Assembly (NCBI RefSeq): GCF_009834535.1
Contig: NC_045727.1
Coordinates: forward strand, 11,284,001-11,348,000
Source of the DNA: Camelus ferus
Lineage: Eukaryota
Length of the DNA: 64,000 nt
Direction of reading: 5' to 3'
Shown here: positions 1 to 13,600 of the stretch, one piece after another
How the letters are laid out: every line of letters starts with the position of its first letter
Position numbering within the stretch: position 1 is the stretch's first letter
Notes under the pieces: generated by a model
Told to the model about the DNA's origin: nothing
What the model saw: only the letters and a program-made list of their open reading frames with translations
The model's database searches: none
Translations under genes and position numbers: made by a program

Positions 1-620
1 AGCCAGGACTCGGCGCCCAGGGGTGCCTGGCACCTGGCGGGGCCCCTGACGTGGGCCTCTGTTTCCCTGCCACCGCGCAGCCCCGGGAGGTCCAGCGACC
101 GCCAACCCAACTCCCGCAGGCCTGGGCTTTGTCGCCCCCTCGCGGCCGCAGCCGGTCTCGGCGGCGCGGGCGGATCATGGGAAACTGGCGGGGGCGGCCT
201 GAATGGATCCCCCGTGGGTCTGGAGGCCAAATCCCTGGAGGGGGGCATCCGTGGGCCCGGGTAACGGCAGAGGCATCTTCTGGGGCAGACCCGGGTCGGC
301 CAGGCGGCCCAGCCGCTTCTTTGCGGCTAGGAGCAACGGCGGCTCGGTGGGGTGTGGACCCGGTGGAGCCCTCCAGCCAGCTTTGCTGTATCTATTCCTT
401 TAGGTGCGAGCCACGCTGCTCCCTGCCTCCTGCTGAGTACCAGGGGCTGGTCCCCCACCTTCCGCTCCCCGCCCTTTCTGGGCCTCAGTTTCCCGGTCTA
501 CAGAGAGCCCCCAGAGTGTAGGACCGAGCGCGGGGCGTGGCTCCCACAGCGATGGAGGGGCGTCACGCCCACATTGGCCACCAGCTGGGAGGTCTTGAGA
601 GCTAGTGGGCGTGGGGCCGG
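1..620. promoter_or_regulatory. CpG-rich island upstream of SLC2A11, with a UPRE-like TGACGTGG at 47-54
   Basis: Dense CpGs and GC boxes; TGACGTGG at 47-54. In human, DERL3 (minus strand) lies on this side of SLC2A11, but no DERL3 coding sequence is visible here. Confidence 0.45.
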
Positions 621-1651
621 CACCCCACCTCCCCTGCCCTCACCTCCACCTTCTCACCGGGAAAACCGAGAGTGAGTGTGAATCCACGCGGGAAGCCCCA
701 TCCGGGAGGAGGAGTCAGGGGCGTTCTTTTCACGCTACCTCGACTCCAGCGGAGCGAACTGGCCAAGCTGCCCCATCCCGCAGGGTCTGTACCGGACTCA
801 GAGATCTGACAGCCTGGCCAGACTCCCACCAGAGCTGTAGGCCCCCGCCCCTCGTGGAGTCTCAGGGACTCCTCTGCGAAGGAGCCTGAAGCCACCCACG
901 TGTGGTTTGTTGAGAGGATTAGCCATCAGCCCCTTGGCAGCTACAAACCCTCACGACCTTAACTTTCACATACTCAAGGTTAAGCTCCCAGCTAATGCTT
1001 GCCAAGGAGAAACCTCAAGCTTCCTTGTTTCAGGATAATAATTAATGGCCGGGGAGCCCACACACTGGGGGTCAGACTCCAGCGAAGAGTTCAGGCGGCA
1101 TTTCAGGGAGAACCAAGGTGGGGTGGGGGTGGGGCAGCCGGGTATTATCACATGATCTCAGTAGATGCAGAAAAGCATGAAGTTAGCAACTGCTAATATT
1201 TTATTGCATTTTCCCTTAAAAGTGCATGGTGTTTTGAAGAAACTTTGAAAAGTTCAGATCAGCAAAAATAAAGCAAAAACTAAGCAGGAGCAATAGAGAC
1301 ACTGCAGTATCCATTCTGATGTACTCCTACCATAGTCTTTGCTCAGGTGACTTCCTAGGGTCACTGTCAGATCTGTTTCTATGACCACAAATAACATCTT
1401 TGGCAAGTCTGGTTTCCATCTGGCCTTAGTCCAACTCCTGGATTCCACGCAGGACCTGGGAAGCCCTGAGAAATAAAAGATTAATCTGGCCCACTGGGCC
1501 CTGTGGTTCCTCACCTTACAGGGGCCACTGGACGGGATTAATATTGGCACATAGGCCGGGCCGCCCTCTCGCGCAACGGATTCCACGGCTGCAATCCGAG
1601 ACCGGTTCTCCTGTCTGCTTTCCAAGTCACGGGCTCTGCCAGGACGGACAG

Positions 1652-4600
1652 ATGAGAGCACTCCAGGGACTGGTGGGTCTGCCTTTCGTCTCTCTTAATA
1701 CTGTTCCTCCTCCAGGGAAAGGGTGGAGACACCTGGACTGGAGGAGAGTGGGGATGTCTGTGCAGAATCAAGGGCTCTGCCCTCAGAGTGCTCGGGGACG
1801 GGGTCCTCCCGGCGACAGGGGCCTCCTTGGCCCTGGTGGCGGGCAAGGGCGCCAGATGAGTGGGAGAGGAGGCCGGGCCGAAGGGCTGGTAGGGGGTTCG
1901 AGGGGCGGGGCGCAGGAGGGACCAGCAGGGAGTCACTCTGAGGCGGCAGCGGGGGAGGGGACGTGGGGACGAGGGGCCAGGGCCGGGATTTCAGGCAAGC
2001 CTGGAGCGCGGTGATTAGAGCTACCGGCCGAGACCTGCGGGTGTGGATGCTGGGGGATGGCCGGGGTGACCTGGGGCCAGAACTCCCGGTCTGCAGAAAT
2101 AGGCCCCAGGCTCGGCCGAGTAAGGAGTCAGTGGCCTTTCACCTTCACAGCTGAGGATAGGAAGGGACGGAGGATGAACAGGAGCCGCAGTTACAGCCTC
2201 GGACCCAGGTGACGGGCTCGCGGGACCCCCCCACCGCCCCACCCTGCGCAGGCGTCTCGGCCGCACGCTCTGGGCACCACGCGCCGTGCGCGAACCTTCA
2301 TCTCGTCAAACCGCCCTCAACACCCACTGCGCGTGCGTCCGCCTCCGCCTCGAGACGGGTTTACGCCTCGCTATCGCCCCACCGCGCATGCGCCTCCCCT
2401 TACCCTCCGATCCGCGCTTGGCGAAGGTTTGAATTCCGCCGGCCCCGGCTTCTCAGATGAGGGATTGCGGGCTTGAGTGCACTCTGGAGGGCTCAACGAA
2501 AGCGTCCAGGGTACGGAAGTATCTGGTGCTTGTTTGCACAATGGAGCTAGGTGCCGGGCCCAGACGAGCTTGAGCAGGGGTTCACGCTCAGGGATGGGCT
2601 GGGGCGAGTGCAAGGTTGCGTGGGGTATCAGCGTGCAGGACTGGCGGAACGGCCGCGTCCCAGGCTAGCGTCCCTCGCGATGCCTGGGCCCTCAGGTCCT
2701 CGTGCGGTCTGGGCACGCCCTCAGGGGCAGCAGCCCTTGGGCACTGCGGTCCTCCCCGCCTCATCCTGTCCTGGGTCTGTTTCCCACCTTCACTCCTCTC
2801 CCCAACTTTCATCGCCTTCACCAGGCTCCCTGACGTCCAGCGTCACCTAGGATGTGGGGCAGCCGGAAGAGCTCGCCCAGACCCGCGCATCTCCCCATCT
2901 CTGGGTTCTCCCGCCAGCCTGCACGGATTTCCTTCAGATGCCTGCATGGCGCATTCCCTCACCTCCTTCAAGTCTTCGTGCGATGGCCCCTTCTCAGTGC
3001 TTACTCCCTGACCACCCTCTCCAGACTCTCCCTCTCACCTCTCCCTGCTTTGTCTCTGTCGCGCCCCCCACCCCCCCGACATATATCTTCCTTGTTCATT
3101 TCGCTGCTGCCTATCTTCCCCCACTGGAAGGGAAGTTCCATGACGTCACGGATTTCGTCTTTTGTTCATCGCTTTATCCCCAGCACCTAGAACTGCAGGT
3201 TTATTGCCCATGGTAGGGAGGCTGAATCACCAGCACAGCTTATGTCTGAACACTTTCCATGACCAGTCACAGGAGGAGACAACCTCAGTCTCACGGAAGT
3301 AGGTGATTTATGCTGTCCTGGAGACCTGCCAGCACCTTGGCCACATGGGCTCAGTTCACATCAGGCACTGCGTGACTTGTGGCTTCCTGCAGATCTGCTG
3401 TCTCAGTGGAACTCTGCCCTCCACGCAGCCCGCATGGAGTGTCCACGTGACTCCAGTGAGAAGGGACTCCTGGATTCTGACCTGCCTTCCCCCTATGGCT
3501 TCAGGCTTGGAAGGAAGGTACTTAGACCTTGTAGGGACTGTGAGCAGCCAGGGTGCCAGTCATGGACCAGCCTGCAGACCTTTGGCAGGATCCTGCCCTC
3601 AACGCCTCTTCCTCCACCCCCCTGCCCACCCCGACTCCCAGTCCAGTTTCTCACTATGTTCTGGAAGCAGATCTGTCTTTTCCAGCTGTGTCTACCCCCC
3701 AGCTCAGTTCCTGGCTGGGACGGGCACTTAGTATTTGATGGATCAGTAAGTAGCTCTGAGGTCCTGGAAATTCTTCAGAAAGGCCTTAGCCAAACATCCT
3801 TGTGCCATGAAATGTGTATTTTAAGTATTTTTTAAAAAATATAAACATGAACCAGGACTTCATCTTTGGGGGACCCTTTGCCAGAACAAGAAAATGGTGG
3901 TATCAATTTACTGGGGAAAGATCAGCGATTTTATTTTTGTATGGTTAACCACTTGGCGACTATCTAGGAGAATATCTGAGGGAAGCAGTTCATTGCTGGG
4001 AACTGCTCTTTGGGAGAGCGGAGAGCTTTCAGCTTTCAGCACATACTGAATTTTTAAAGAAAAGTATAAGAGAAAAAATAGAAATAAGATTGTGACCATT
4101 AGTTTGTTTTCTGTTTATTTTAATGGAGGTACTGGGGACTGAACCCAGGACCTCACGCATGCTAAGGATGTGCTCTACCACTTGAGCTATACCTTCCCCA
4201 GAAATAAGATTGTGAATCCCTAAAAAAAATGCCAACCTAATGACGGGGTATCGGGGTGCTGAGTCCTCATGGCAGTGTACCTTGGGGTGTTCTCCCTCCA
4301 GCTCTAAGGGTGTCGCAGGGGGATGAAAAGCTGCCCATGTTTGTACCAGGTGTGTGTGGTGCATGCATACCTTGGCTGTCCCCCAGCCTGGAGGGACATT
4401 ATCATCCCCAGGGCCAGCGAGAAAGTGATTCCAAAAAGACAAAGCCCAGGAGCCAGGCTGATCTCTGCTCGTCCATATGCCCCCAAGTCCCCACATGTGT
4501 AGCTCTGTGTGGCCCCATTTCTTAGCCTTGCTGCAGAACAAGCTAGGAGGGCAGAGCCAGAGGCCCATCCACTCTGTTGGAGACAGTTTCGCTGAAGCGA

Positions 4601-7600
4601 GTTATTGGGGCTCAGGGGCTCCTGTCCTGCTAAAGGCACAGCTTCACTCCCCTGGGACTCCAGCTTGGAGCGTTGTCCCCCAAGCCATAGCAAGCATGCC
4701 CGGGGCCAGCCCATCAAGGAGGGCCGGGAACGGCTGCCCATCTCCGGACAATGCTGCCAGGGGTGGGGTCGGGGTGAGGGGGCAGCGGGATCCTGGACTC
4801 AGAGCAGAAGGCTGGGGTGCCTCTGCCACCTGCCAGCCGTGTGATCCAGGCAACTCCTCTCCCCTCTGCCTCGGTTTCTTCATCTGCAAAGTGGAGACAT
4901 CACTGCCTGGTTCAGACAGATTGCAATGCTGTGATTGGTTAGTTCCAACCCCGGGAGGGAGGTGGAGGCTGTCGTTGGTCACTCTGTGTCCTCTCCTCTC
5001 TCCTCAGTTTCAGGGCTGGGTCCTACTCTTGACCATCTGTGCAGCTGGCATTGGTGGGACTTTCCAGTTTGGCTACAACCTCTCCATCATCAATGCCCCG
5101 ACCTTGGTATGTACCCTCCGTGCCCACCGTCACCATCCCAGTGGGTGCTGAGTAAGGGCCAACAGCTGATCTTCAGGCCAGCATCCACTTGGTGGCGCTT
5201 TCTCCCACGCATCCACCTCTACTGGGATGTCCCACAGGTCCTGCGGGTTCAAACCCAACTCTGCAACCTCCCCTGAAACTCACACATCCTCCTGGGTCCC
5301 TGATATCAGCAGATGATTCCACCATCTCCCAGTGACTGGGGGTCCACCCTGACTCTGCCCTCCCTCTCTCTGATACCAAGTCCTTCCTAACTACTTCTGC
5401 CTTCTAGCCATTTCTCCTCTCATCTCTTCCACGATCCCAGTTCAGACCCCATCTCTCCTGCCTGGATCTCTGGCTCAGGCTCCTCACTGGCCACCCTGCC
5501 TTCAGCTTCTCCCCTTCCAGATCTTCTCAAGTTTGATCAAGTCACTCCCCTACCCAGAAACATTCTGTGGTTCCCCAGTGCCTAAAGGACTAGGACAGAC
5601 TCATCCACCTGAAGTCCAAGGCCTCCTGGGATTAGAACCTGTCCACCTATCTCCCACCTTCATTCCCCCAACTTTGCTACCAAAGCAGGTTAAATGCAGT
5701 TCCTCAAATACGTCCAGCCCTTTCTTGAAGGCTTCTTCTGCTGGGAAGCCCTCTCTGTCCCACCTGCAGGAGCCCCTCAAGGGGCCATCACCTTCCTGAA
5801 GCCTTTCTTCCGCAACCCCCAGCTGGAGTCCCCACTCCCTCCCCAGCACCTGTTGCTGGCCTGGCCTGTGCCGATGTTCAGTGAGTCCCTGTGGGAAGGA
5901 TGGCTCTCTCAGCCCCAGTGATGGAAGCCACCTCTAACTCACCTAAGTAAGAAGGGGCAAGTGTCCTGTCACACAGCTGGGAAGGAAGTGGGGCTGCAGG
6001 AACCAGGCCCCAGGACAGAAATGGGGCTCACCTGATCCTGTGGGGCCTCATCCTTCACCCAGGACAGAATAGCAGCTGTCACCAGACTCAGACTGTCCTA
6101 GACTGGGAAGCCCCAGACAAAAGTCCTCCCTGGTAGTTCCAGCACAAAGGCTGGGGAAGGCTCTGATTGGCTCGTTTGGATCACATGCCCATTTGGCCAA
6201 TCACGTGGTCAGGAAAGTGAAGCACTCCTATTGGCCAGGTCTGGGTCAGGTGACCAACTGCATAGGGGCTGTGATTGACAGTGGGAAAGAACCTCCCTCC
6301 AAGGGAGGTATGTTAGCACATGGTGGAAGCTGGGGATGGGTGCACATCCTGGGCAGAAACAACTATAGCAGCCCGGTCCCTTGAAGAAAGGATGAAATGG
6401 AGGGTTTAGAAAGGGAGGTCTGGGCTCGCTGCATTTGTTCATTTGTTTAATCAGTAAGAGTGTGAGTGTCCACCTCAGTGCACACTGACAGTGCAAACTG
6501 AGAGGGATCTGTCAGCAGCGGAATCCCCTGGACCACCACGAGCCCCTAAAAATGGGACTTTCTTGGCCTCACAGGCTCTCTTTAACCCCTTGAATAGTCA
6601 CCCTTGAGGATTTGCAGCCAGGGTCAGGGGAGGCTGGCTCTGGTCCCAGCTCCCCGGACAGGTCCTTCCCCCAGAGGGACCTGGCGGGTACCAGGCTAAC
6701 AGCTAATACCCGGAGTTGGCCTGGGAAGGAGAGGGGCTGGCCCGGGCAGGAGAGGGCTGACACTGACATTCATCTCTGACCAAGGGAAGGGTATCTGGGT
6801 CTTCCTGAGTGCAGCCATCCCTAACCACGTAGCCTCTGTTCACTGACCTGGAGCAGCAGCTCTGGGGGATGGGGCTCTGGGTGTCCAGACCATGTGGCTG
6901 CAGCCCTGACCTGTGGCTGAGGGCAAGTTGTGGGCCTGATTCCCAGTCTTAACAATGAACAGAGAACGTGTATCTAACAGAACACTTCCCAGGGCTTGTC
7001 ACCATTGGGGTACCCAGGAAACATGCTGCACACTCCAGAAAAGTCACTTGGTTTAGATACCACAAAGGACGATTTTCAAAGGATGTGTGGGATGTCGAGG
7101 ACACACAGGCCAGTGGGAGTGCGGTCATGCAGATTTAGTGTGCCACCTCTACCCCCCAAGGGACACATGGAAGGAGCAGTCATTGAAACCAGATGGATAA
7201 GGCCATGTGGTTTTCACCTCTTTGAGTGGAGCAGTGATGTTTGGTCAGGCTTTGTAGATGGCCTGAGGCAACCTCCCAGGAAGGGTGCCCTGGGGACACA
7301 CAGCCCTCCTGCCTCCTCTGATGTGGCCCAGGCCAAAAGCAGGGGGATGGGGCTGAGAGTGGACTCAGAGGGGCAAATAGAGACTGACCAGTGCTAAGCT
7401 CCAGGAGACACTGTGTTTGAAAGACACGGGCATGGTGCTTTCATGTGCCAGGTGCTCGGGCGAGTTCAGTCCCACCATGGGGAGTAGGGTTGCTCAGGAG
7501 ACTGCCTCCTGCACAGAGGCAGGGCCTGGGGGGAGAAGGCCTTTCATGGGGACCCCTAACCCAGGGGTGACTGGCCTCTCTGTCCCCAGTACATTCAGGA

Positions 7601-10600
7601 ATTCACCAATGAGACGTGGCAGATGCGCACCGGCCGGCCACTGCCTGACCACCTGGTCCTGCTGGTGTGGTCCCTCATCGTGTCTCTGTACCCGCTGGGG
7701 GGCCTCCTTGGAGCATTGCTTGCTGGGCCCCTGGCCATCACACTTGGAAGGTAAGTGCCTCCCGTGTACCCCTGGAAAGCCCGTTAATGATGCCACCCCA
7801 GGCTGCAAGCTGAGGGATGCGGGCAGGGTGCCCGGCAGGTCCCCACCCAGCCTCCTGCCCTGCCTGCAGTGTCATGTCTCCTCGTGGAGGTGGCAGAGGG
7901 AAGAGTCCCACGCTGTGTGGGAGGGAGGACCCCTGCTTTCTGGATCCATGGCTGCCAACACGTGTGGTCTTACTGGGAACAAGCGTTTCCTCTTCGATTT
8001 CCCTGTTGGAAGCCAACTGACACAGTTCTGGGGTCCCAAACAGGACAGGCAGACCCTGACCAATTGTGTGAAAAATTGGGGTAATGCAAAGGATGCTGGG
8101 CTGCTCACGGGAGGGAAGGAAGTACTGGAAAGCAGGCCTGAGAGGGGCAGGTCCAAGGTGCTGCGAGGATCCCAACTGCCTGCCCCAGCATGGCCTTTCC
8201 TCCTGGGAGGCCGCCTTCAGGGCATCGACTCCAACCACATCCCGCCGCCAGCATCTTCACTGAGCTCGGAATCCAGGAAGACGGGTTGCTCTGGAACCAC
8301 CTTGGGTCACTTGCCTGCAGCTGTGACCCAGCAGGGGCGAAGGGAAGCGGGGCGGAAAAACTAACGGCTCCCATGGGCCACCCCTCGGCTGGCTACCCAG
8401 CATGTGTGGACACCTTTCTCCCATGTATTTGGTTCCCTACGTGCCCCTCCTAATGTTACTCGGCCACCTGCCGGATGTGCATTTCCCTCTTCCTGAGATC
8501 ACTCAGGGCACAGCCGCCAGGGCCAACACAACACGTGTTCTTCCCAAGCTCAGGGATTCTGAGTGATGACCACTCTGCCCGCCCTGCGGCGAACCTCTTG
8601 ATATTCTGCAATCTACACATTTAATGGTAAATTTAACTGCCCTCAAGACACCTGGGAGGAGGGAAAAAGGAGAAAGAGTAGGGAAAAAACTAATCGAGGA
8701 AGAGGAAACTCACGGTGACTTTTGTTTAAAGCATATGACCCAAAGCATGGAAACACAGGTAGAGGAGCTGCTCCTTGGTGTTGGACTGGTCATGCTGTCG
8801 CTGGTGACTTCCATCCTCTGGTTTTCTGCTCTTGTCTTGGGTCAGCATGTCCACTGACTGAGGCTCTTTGCCCATTGGGGTGACCCCAGTCTTCATGCTT
8901 GAGTGGGAGCAGTGACTGATGTCACACCTGGAGGCCATCTGCTTCTGGATGATGGGGTTCCTAACGCAACACTGAGTTCCATGGGCACCTGTCCTTCCTC
9001 TTTCACTGATGGAACCTCCTTTGTTGGATGCAGAATTGCACAGGTATCACGCTGGTGTATTTAACAGGAATATCTGTTAGGATGTCTCAACTTCTAGTGA
9101 CAGAAAATCAGGACTCAGTTGGCTAAAACAACAGCCAAACACCCAATTCTGGTGTGGATTCTCCTCCTGGGCCTAGTGAGAAGCCAGGAGTTGTTTCTGA
9201 TTAAGAGGAGAGTAACTCGCTGAAGTGGTGGCTTTGCTCAGAAACTTTGGTCTTGCACTGTAATTCTCCTTGGAGGCAGCCACCTGGGCACTTGGAGCAC
9301 CTTAGTCTCCCAGGTCTAGACGGTCGAGGAGCAGAGCATCCCACAGTAGGTTTAGACCCCCTAGAGAATACTCCATCAAAACTTCCAGGTTTGCAAATCA
9401 CCCGGTGGAAGTGTGGGATCACAACACTCAGGGTGGAACAGGCTGCCTCCAGTGGCACGTTACCGAGGCATCGAGTGTCCTTTCAGCATAAAGTATCAAA
9501 GTAGTGGGCCAGAGGGATGCCTGAGGGATGGGTGGCTCCTGGTGGAGCAGATGGGGGTGGCCCTGAGCTGGAGAGCAGGCATCCCCTTAGGGAGGTTGGT
9601 ATCGGTGCAGTACTGACTTGCCCGTGGAAGCTACATGTTTCTGGTGTTGTCTGTGTCCTGAAATCCAGCAAAATGCATTCGCCAGAGAAATAGCCACAAT
9701 CAAAGTCCTTTGTTAATTTATACCAGTGAAGAAGCCATATATGGCTTATTAGGCACCGTGGGAGTTACCGCCGGATCGCGTTTGTTACGGTCAACTGTCA
9801 TCCGCCGTCCTCCAGACACAGGTGGTCTGAGCGTTGGCTCATCTGTTGATGGGGGCAGGGCCGTGTCCTGCTCTGGCTTGGTTCCCTGTGGCTACAGCCA
9901 GCCGTATGATCTACTGTGAGCTCTCCTGAGTGGCCTGCCGGACAGCACCTCCAAGCCCAGTGTCTGGAGCCCACAGCTGCTGTTCCCTGCGCCCCCTCCT
10001 TGATTTGCCATCTGTCCCATCAGGAAGGAGTATGCCCCTCGGGGCATCCCACGAGTGACCCTAAGTACAGTGGCCAGTGTCATTTCTGTCCATGTGGCTT
10101 AAACTACTGATGCCGTCCCCGCGCACACACAGGTCTGATCAGGGCCCCCCGATCCCCAGGGTCCCCTTGGGACTGAACCAAGCCTCTCTCCTTGTGTTCG
10201 GCTTCCCCAAGGAAGAAGTCCCTGCTGGTGAATAACATCTTTGTGGTGGCCGCAGCGACCCTGTTTGGCTTCAGCCGCAGGGCCGGGTCCTTTGAGATGG
10301 TCATGCTGGGAAGGCTGCTGGTGGGAGTCAGCGCAGGTACTGGGCGGGGGTGTCTCCTCCTGCCTCCCTGTTCCTCTTCTTCATGCGTTCCCTCTACTCC
10401 CTTCATTCCTTCCTTTATCGTCTTTGTTCATTGATTTCTTTTCCATCCGTGCCCACCTTTTTTTTTTTTTTTTTTGCAGAATGATTAAATATGGTGCATT
10501 TTAATAGACACTTAAAGTGGGTACAGCCCACACTCCAGGGAAAGGGGACCGGGTCAGACTTTATCTTTGTGCCTGGAGTCCAAGCACAGAAGGGATCCCT

Positions 10601-13600
10601 CCCTAAGTGTTTGTAGGAAGAACAGGGGTACCTCCAAGAGTCTGGGGCCATCAGCTTACCCACCTTCCTCCTGGCTGCCCCCACCCGGTGCTTGGAGAGA
10701 GGCAGGACCTTGTTGAGGGTTGTTTCCGGACCCCAGGCCAGGGAGGGGATGGAGCCGCACACCCCGCCTGCCGTGTTCCCAGCTGGAAGACGCCCCAATA
10801 CAATGGCCTCCCACTTTCTTGCTAGGTGTCAGCATCTGGGGTGGGCGGTGGGAGGTACTGTCCAGCTGTTTTCCCACTGGCTGCCTGGGTGCCAGAAGCC
10901 TCCCTGGGGAAGCTGGGATGAGGGGGGACCCTCCAGGGATAGTTGAGGTGAGAGGTGAGAGCCGGGACAGCTGGGGAGCATCCACTCCCTCAGAGCCCCC
11001 CACATTCCTTCCACTGACCGTGACCGGGGCTAGAAAATGCTGGAACTGTGGGGTGGGAGCCGATCTGAGGACTTCTCTCTCAGAAGTCCTGGGGGTGGAC
11101 TGGCATCCTGCTGGCCCTCCAGCAGCTGGAGAGGAACCCTTCCAAGTGTAGGGACTGAGGGAGTAGCACTCATGCTGGGATCCCATAGGGGAGGGGCAGG
11201 TGGCACTGAGGAGGTGTCGGGAGAAGCAGGCCTGTGGCTGACCATCTGTTGCACATGCGTCCAGGTGTAAGCATGAACGTCCAGCCCATGTACCTGGGGG
11301 AGAGTGCTCCCAAGGAGCTCCGAGGAGCTGTGGCCATGACCTCAGCCATCTTCACCGCCCTGGGAATCGTGATGGGTCAAGTGGTCGGACTCAGGTAAGT
11401 GCCCCTCGCCGGGCACTGAGAGGTTAGAGGGGTCCAGGAAAAGCCCTTCCTTGCCTAAATTTTTCTCCCACCTCCCAAGGAGATTAAGGCGTTGCTTCCT
11501 TGTACTCAGGCATTGAAGCCCCGTCCACGGGCCTCTGGCTGGTACACAGAACACTTATCGGTCAGCCGCACTTCGTGTGCATCTGCCTCTTCCAGCCTCT
11601 CCAGATCGCGGAGCAAAGAATGGGTCTGGACAGAGGAGAGGGTGCAGGTTTCGGCTTTTAAAGGGAGCATCCCGGGAAAGAGGGGTGAGGGCAGAGCCTG
11701 GAGCCCTGGGAAGAGCCCTGGGGAGAGTAGCTGCGAGGGATGAGGTAGGCCCACGCCCCTGCCCTCTCTCATGTCCCCACCTGGGGGGGTCCAGGCCCAG
11801 AGCCGTTAGGAGGAGGCACAGAGTAACACAGACCCTCTGTCCTCAGTGGGGCAGGCAGTAGGGAGCAGGACTCCAGCAAGGAGGCGTCTGGCTCAGCCTC
11901 TCCTCTGTCTCCCCAGGGAGCTCCTGGGTGGCCCGCAGGCCTGGCCCCTGCTGCTGGCCAGCTGCCTGGTGCCTGGGGTCCTCCAGCTGGCCTCCCTTCC
12001 CCTGCTCCCCGAGAGCCCGCGCTACCTCCTCATTGACCGTGGAGACTCCGAGGCTTGCCTGGCAGGTGAGTCCCTGACCTCGGGCCCCAGACCACCCTTG
12101 GCCATGGTGTACATCTGGCCAGAGCATGTGGGTCCTCAGGTCTCAGGTTTCATTTATTCAGGACAAAACTATCCCTCTTTTTGTGCCTCAGTTTCATCAT
12201 CTATGCACCCCTTCGAAACTATTTATCAAGGGGCTGTCCTAAATGCCAGGGCACTGGGCTGGAACAGACTCAGCGTCTGCCATCTGGGAACCCAGGGTGG
12301 AGCAGAGAAAGCACCCCCCAAGCCAGACGTGCGAGAGGGTGAAACACCAAGCAAGGCCTCAAGGGCGCAGTGCTGGCTGGGCTGAGGTCCTCTGTCAGCT
12401 GTGGTTCCAGTGGTGATGCCCGAGGAGCACCCCCAAATCTCTGGCTGAAAACAGCAATCACTGCCTGCATCTGCAGCTCATGTACTGCCTGGGCTGGCAG
12501 CCCGTCCCTGCCCATCTTGGCTGGGCTGGCTTACGGTGCCAGGGGTCAGCTAGGAGTCGGCCAGTTGAAGCTGGTCTGGGCTGGAGGAGTTCAGCTCTGC
12601 TGCACATGCCCCTCCTCCCACTCTTGGTACCGTTGGACCAGCGCAGGAATGTTGTTATGATGGTGGCAGAGGTGTGAGAAGGCAAACCCAGCCGCACAAG
12701 CACTTTCCAAACCTTTGGCCCCTCATGCCCACTGTTGAGCGTGAGGGGCCAGAGTCACATCATTGACCCCGAAGTCCAGAGATGGGAAAATCCATGGCAT
12801 CTCCACTCGCATGGCAAGTGGTATAGGTTTAGGGAGGGGTGAAGACCAGGGCCCACTAATGTATTCTTCCCAGCTTGCCATGGTGACCATTGCTACTATT
12901 CATGTCCCTCCCTGTGCAGAACATGCTTATGTCATCCTGGAAACAACCCCGCCCCCAAAGTCTCAAGCAATCATGGCCTCGGGCTTGTAATCTAGGATCT
13001 TAAGATCATGTCAAATCTGTATGTCCCTTTTCTTGATCCAGAGACCTAGGAAATAAAAACCCAAGTCTTCTGCCCCTCCCACACTTAGCAGACACTGGTG
13101 AGAGTGGGCTGGTGTAACCAGAATGAACCTTTTTCTCCAAAAAAGGGTGGCAAAGAGGTAGAGAGCAGTCCTCTGCCCACAGCAATGCTGAGCGCCCCTG
13201 GGCAAACTGCCTTGGGGTGGGGAGTTGCCCTCCATTAAGCCCTGGCTCCACCCCCTGGGAGGCGCTTCCCAGGTCCTGGTTCCCGCAGCTTCTTGGTCCT
13301 GCCGTTGGAGACATCCTTCATTTTCCATCACCTTCCTTGACCCCTGAAGAGGGCACTGGAAAATGTACATATAGAAAGCTGGTCTTCACATTTCAAACCA
13401 CCTCAGTGTCTTTTCAACTGGCAGAGCTTTTTGTCAATACAGCTTTCTCCAAAATGATGTGAATTTTCTGAACATTTGGTTTATGTGCCAAGAGCCACAT
13501 CCATAATTCTTTTTGAGACATGCTTCTCTCTTAATTACTGGAATTTGGGAGTATGCTGGGCTGCTCTGGACCAAGACTCTTAAGCCTCTGTGATGCCCCT

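Noticed and set aside
410-455. Possible remnant of SLC2A11 first exon B (CTG CTC CCT GCC TCC TG, similar to MLHALL)
   Set aside because: No ATG, would need an indel, has no convincing donor, and the comparison rests on a recalled protein sequence only.
7417-8364. 315-aa ORF
   Set aside because: It overlaps SLC2A11 exon 3 in another frame and runs through intron; low-complexity GC-rich sequence with no recognisable domain.
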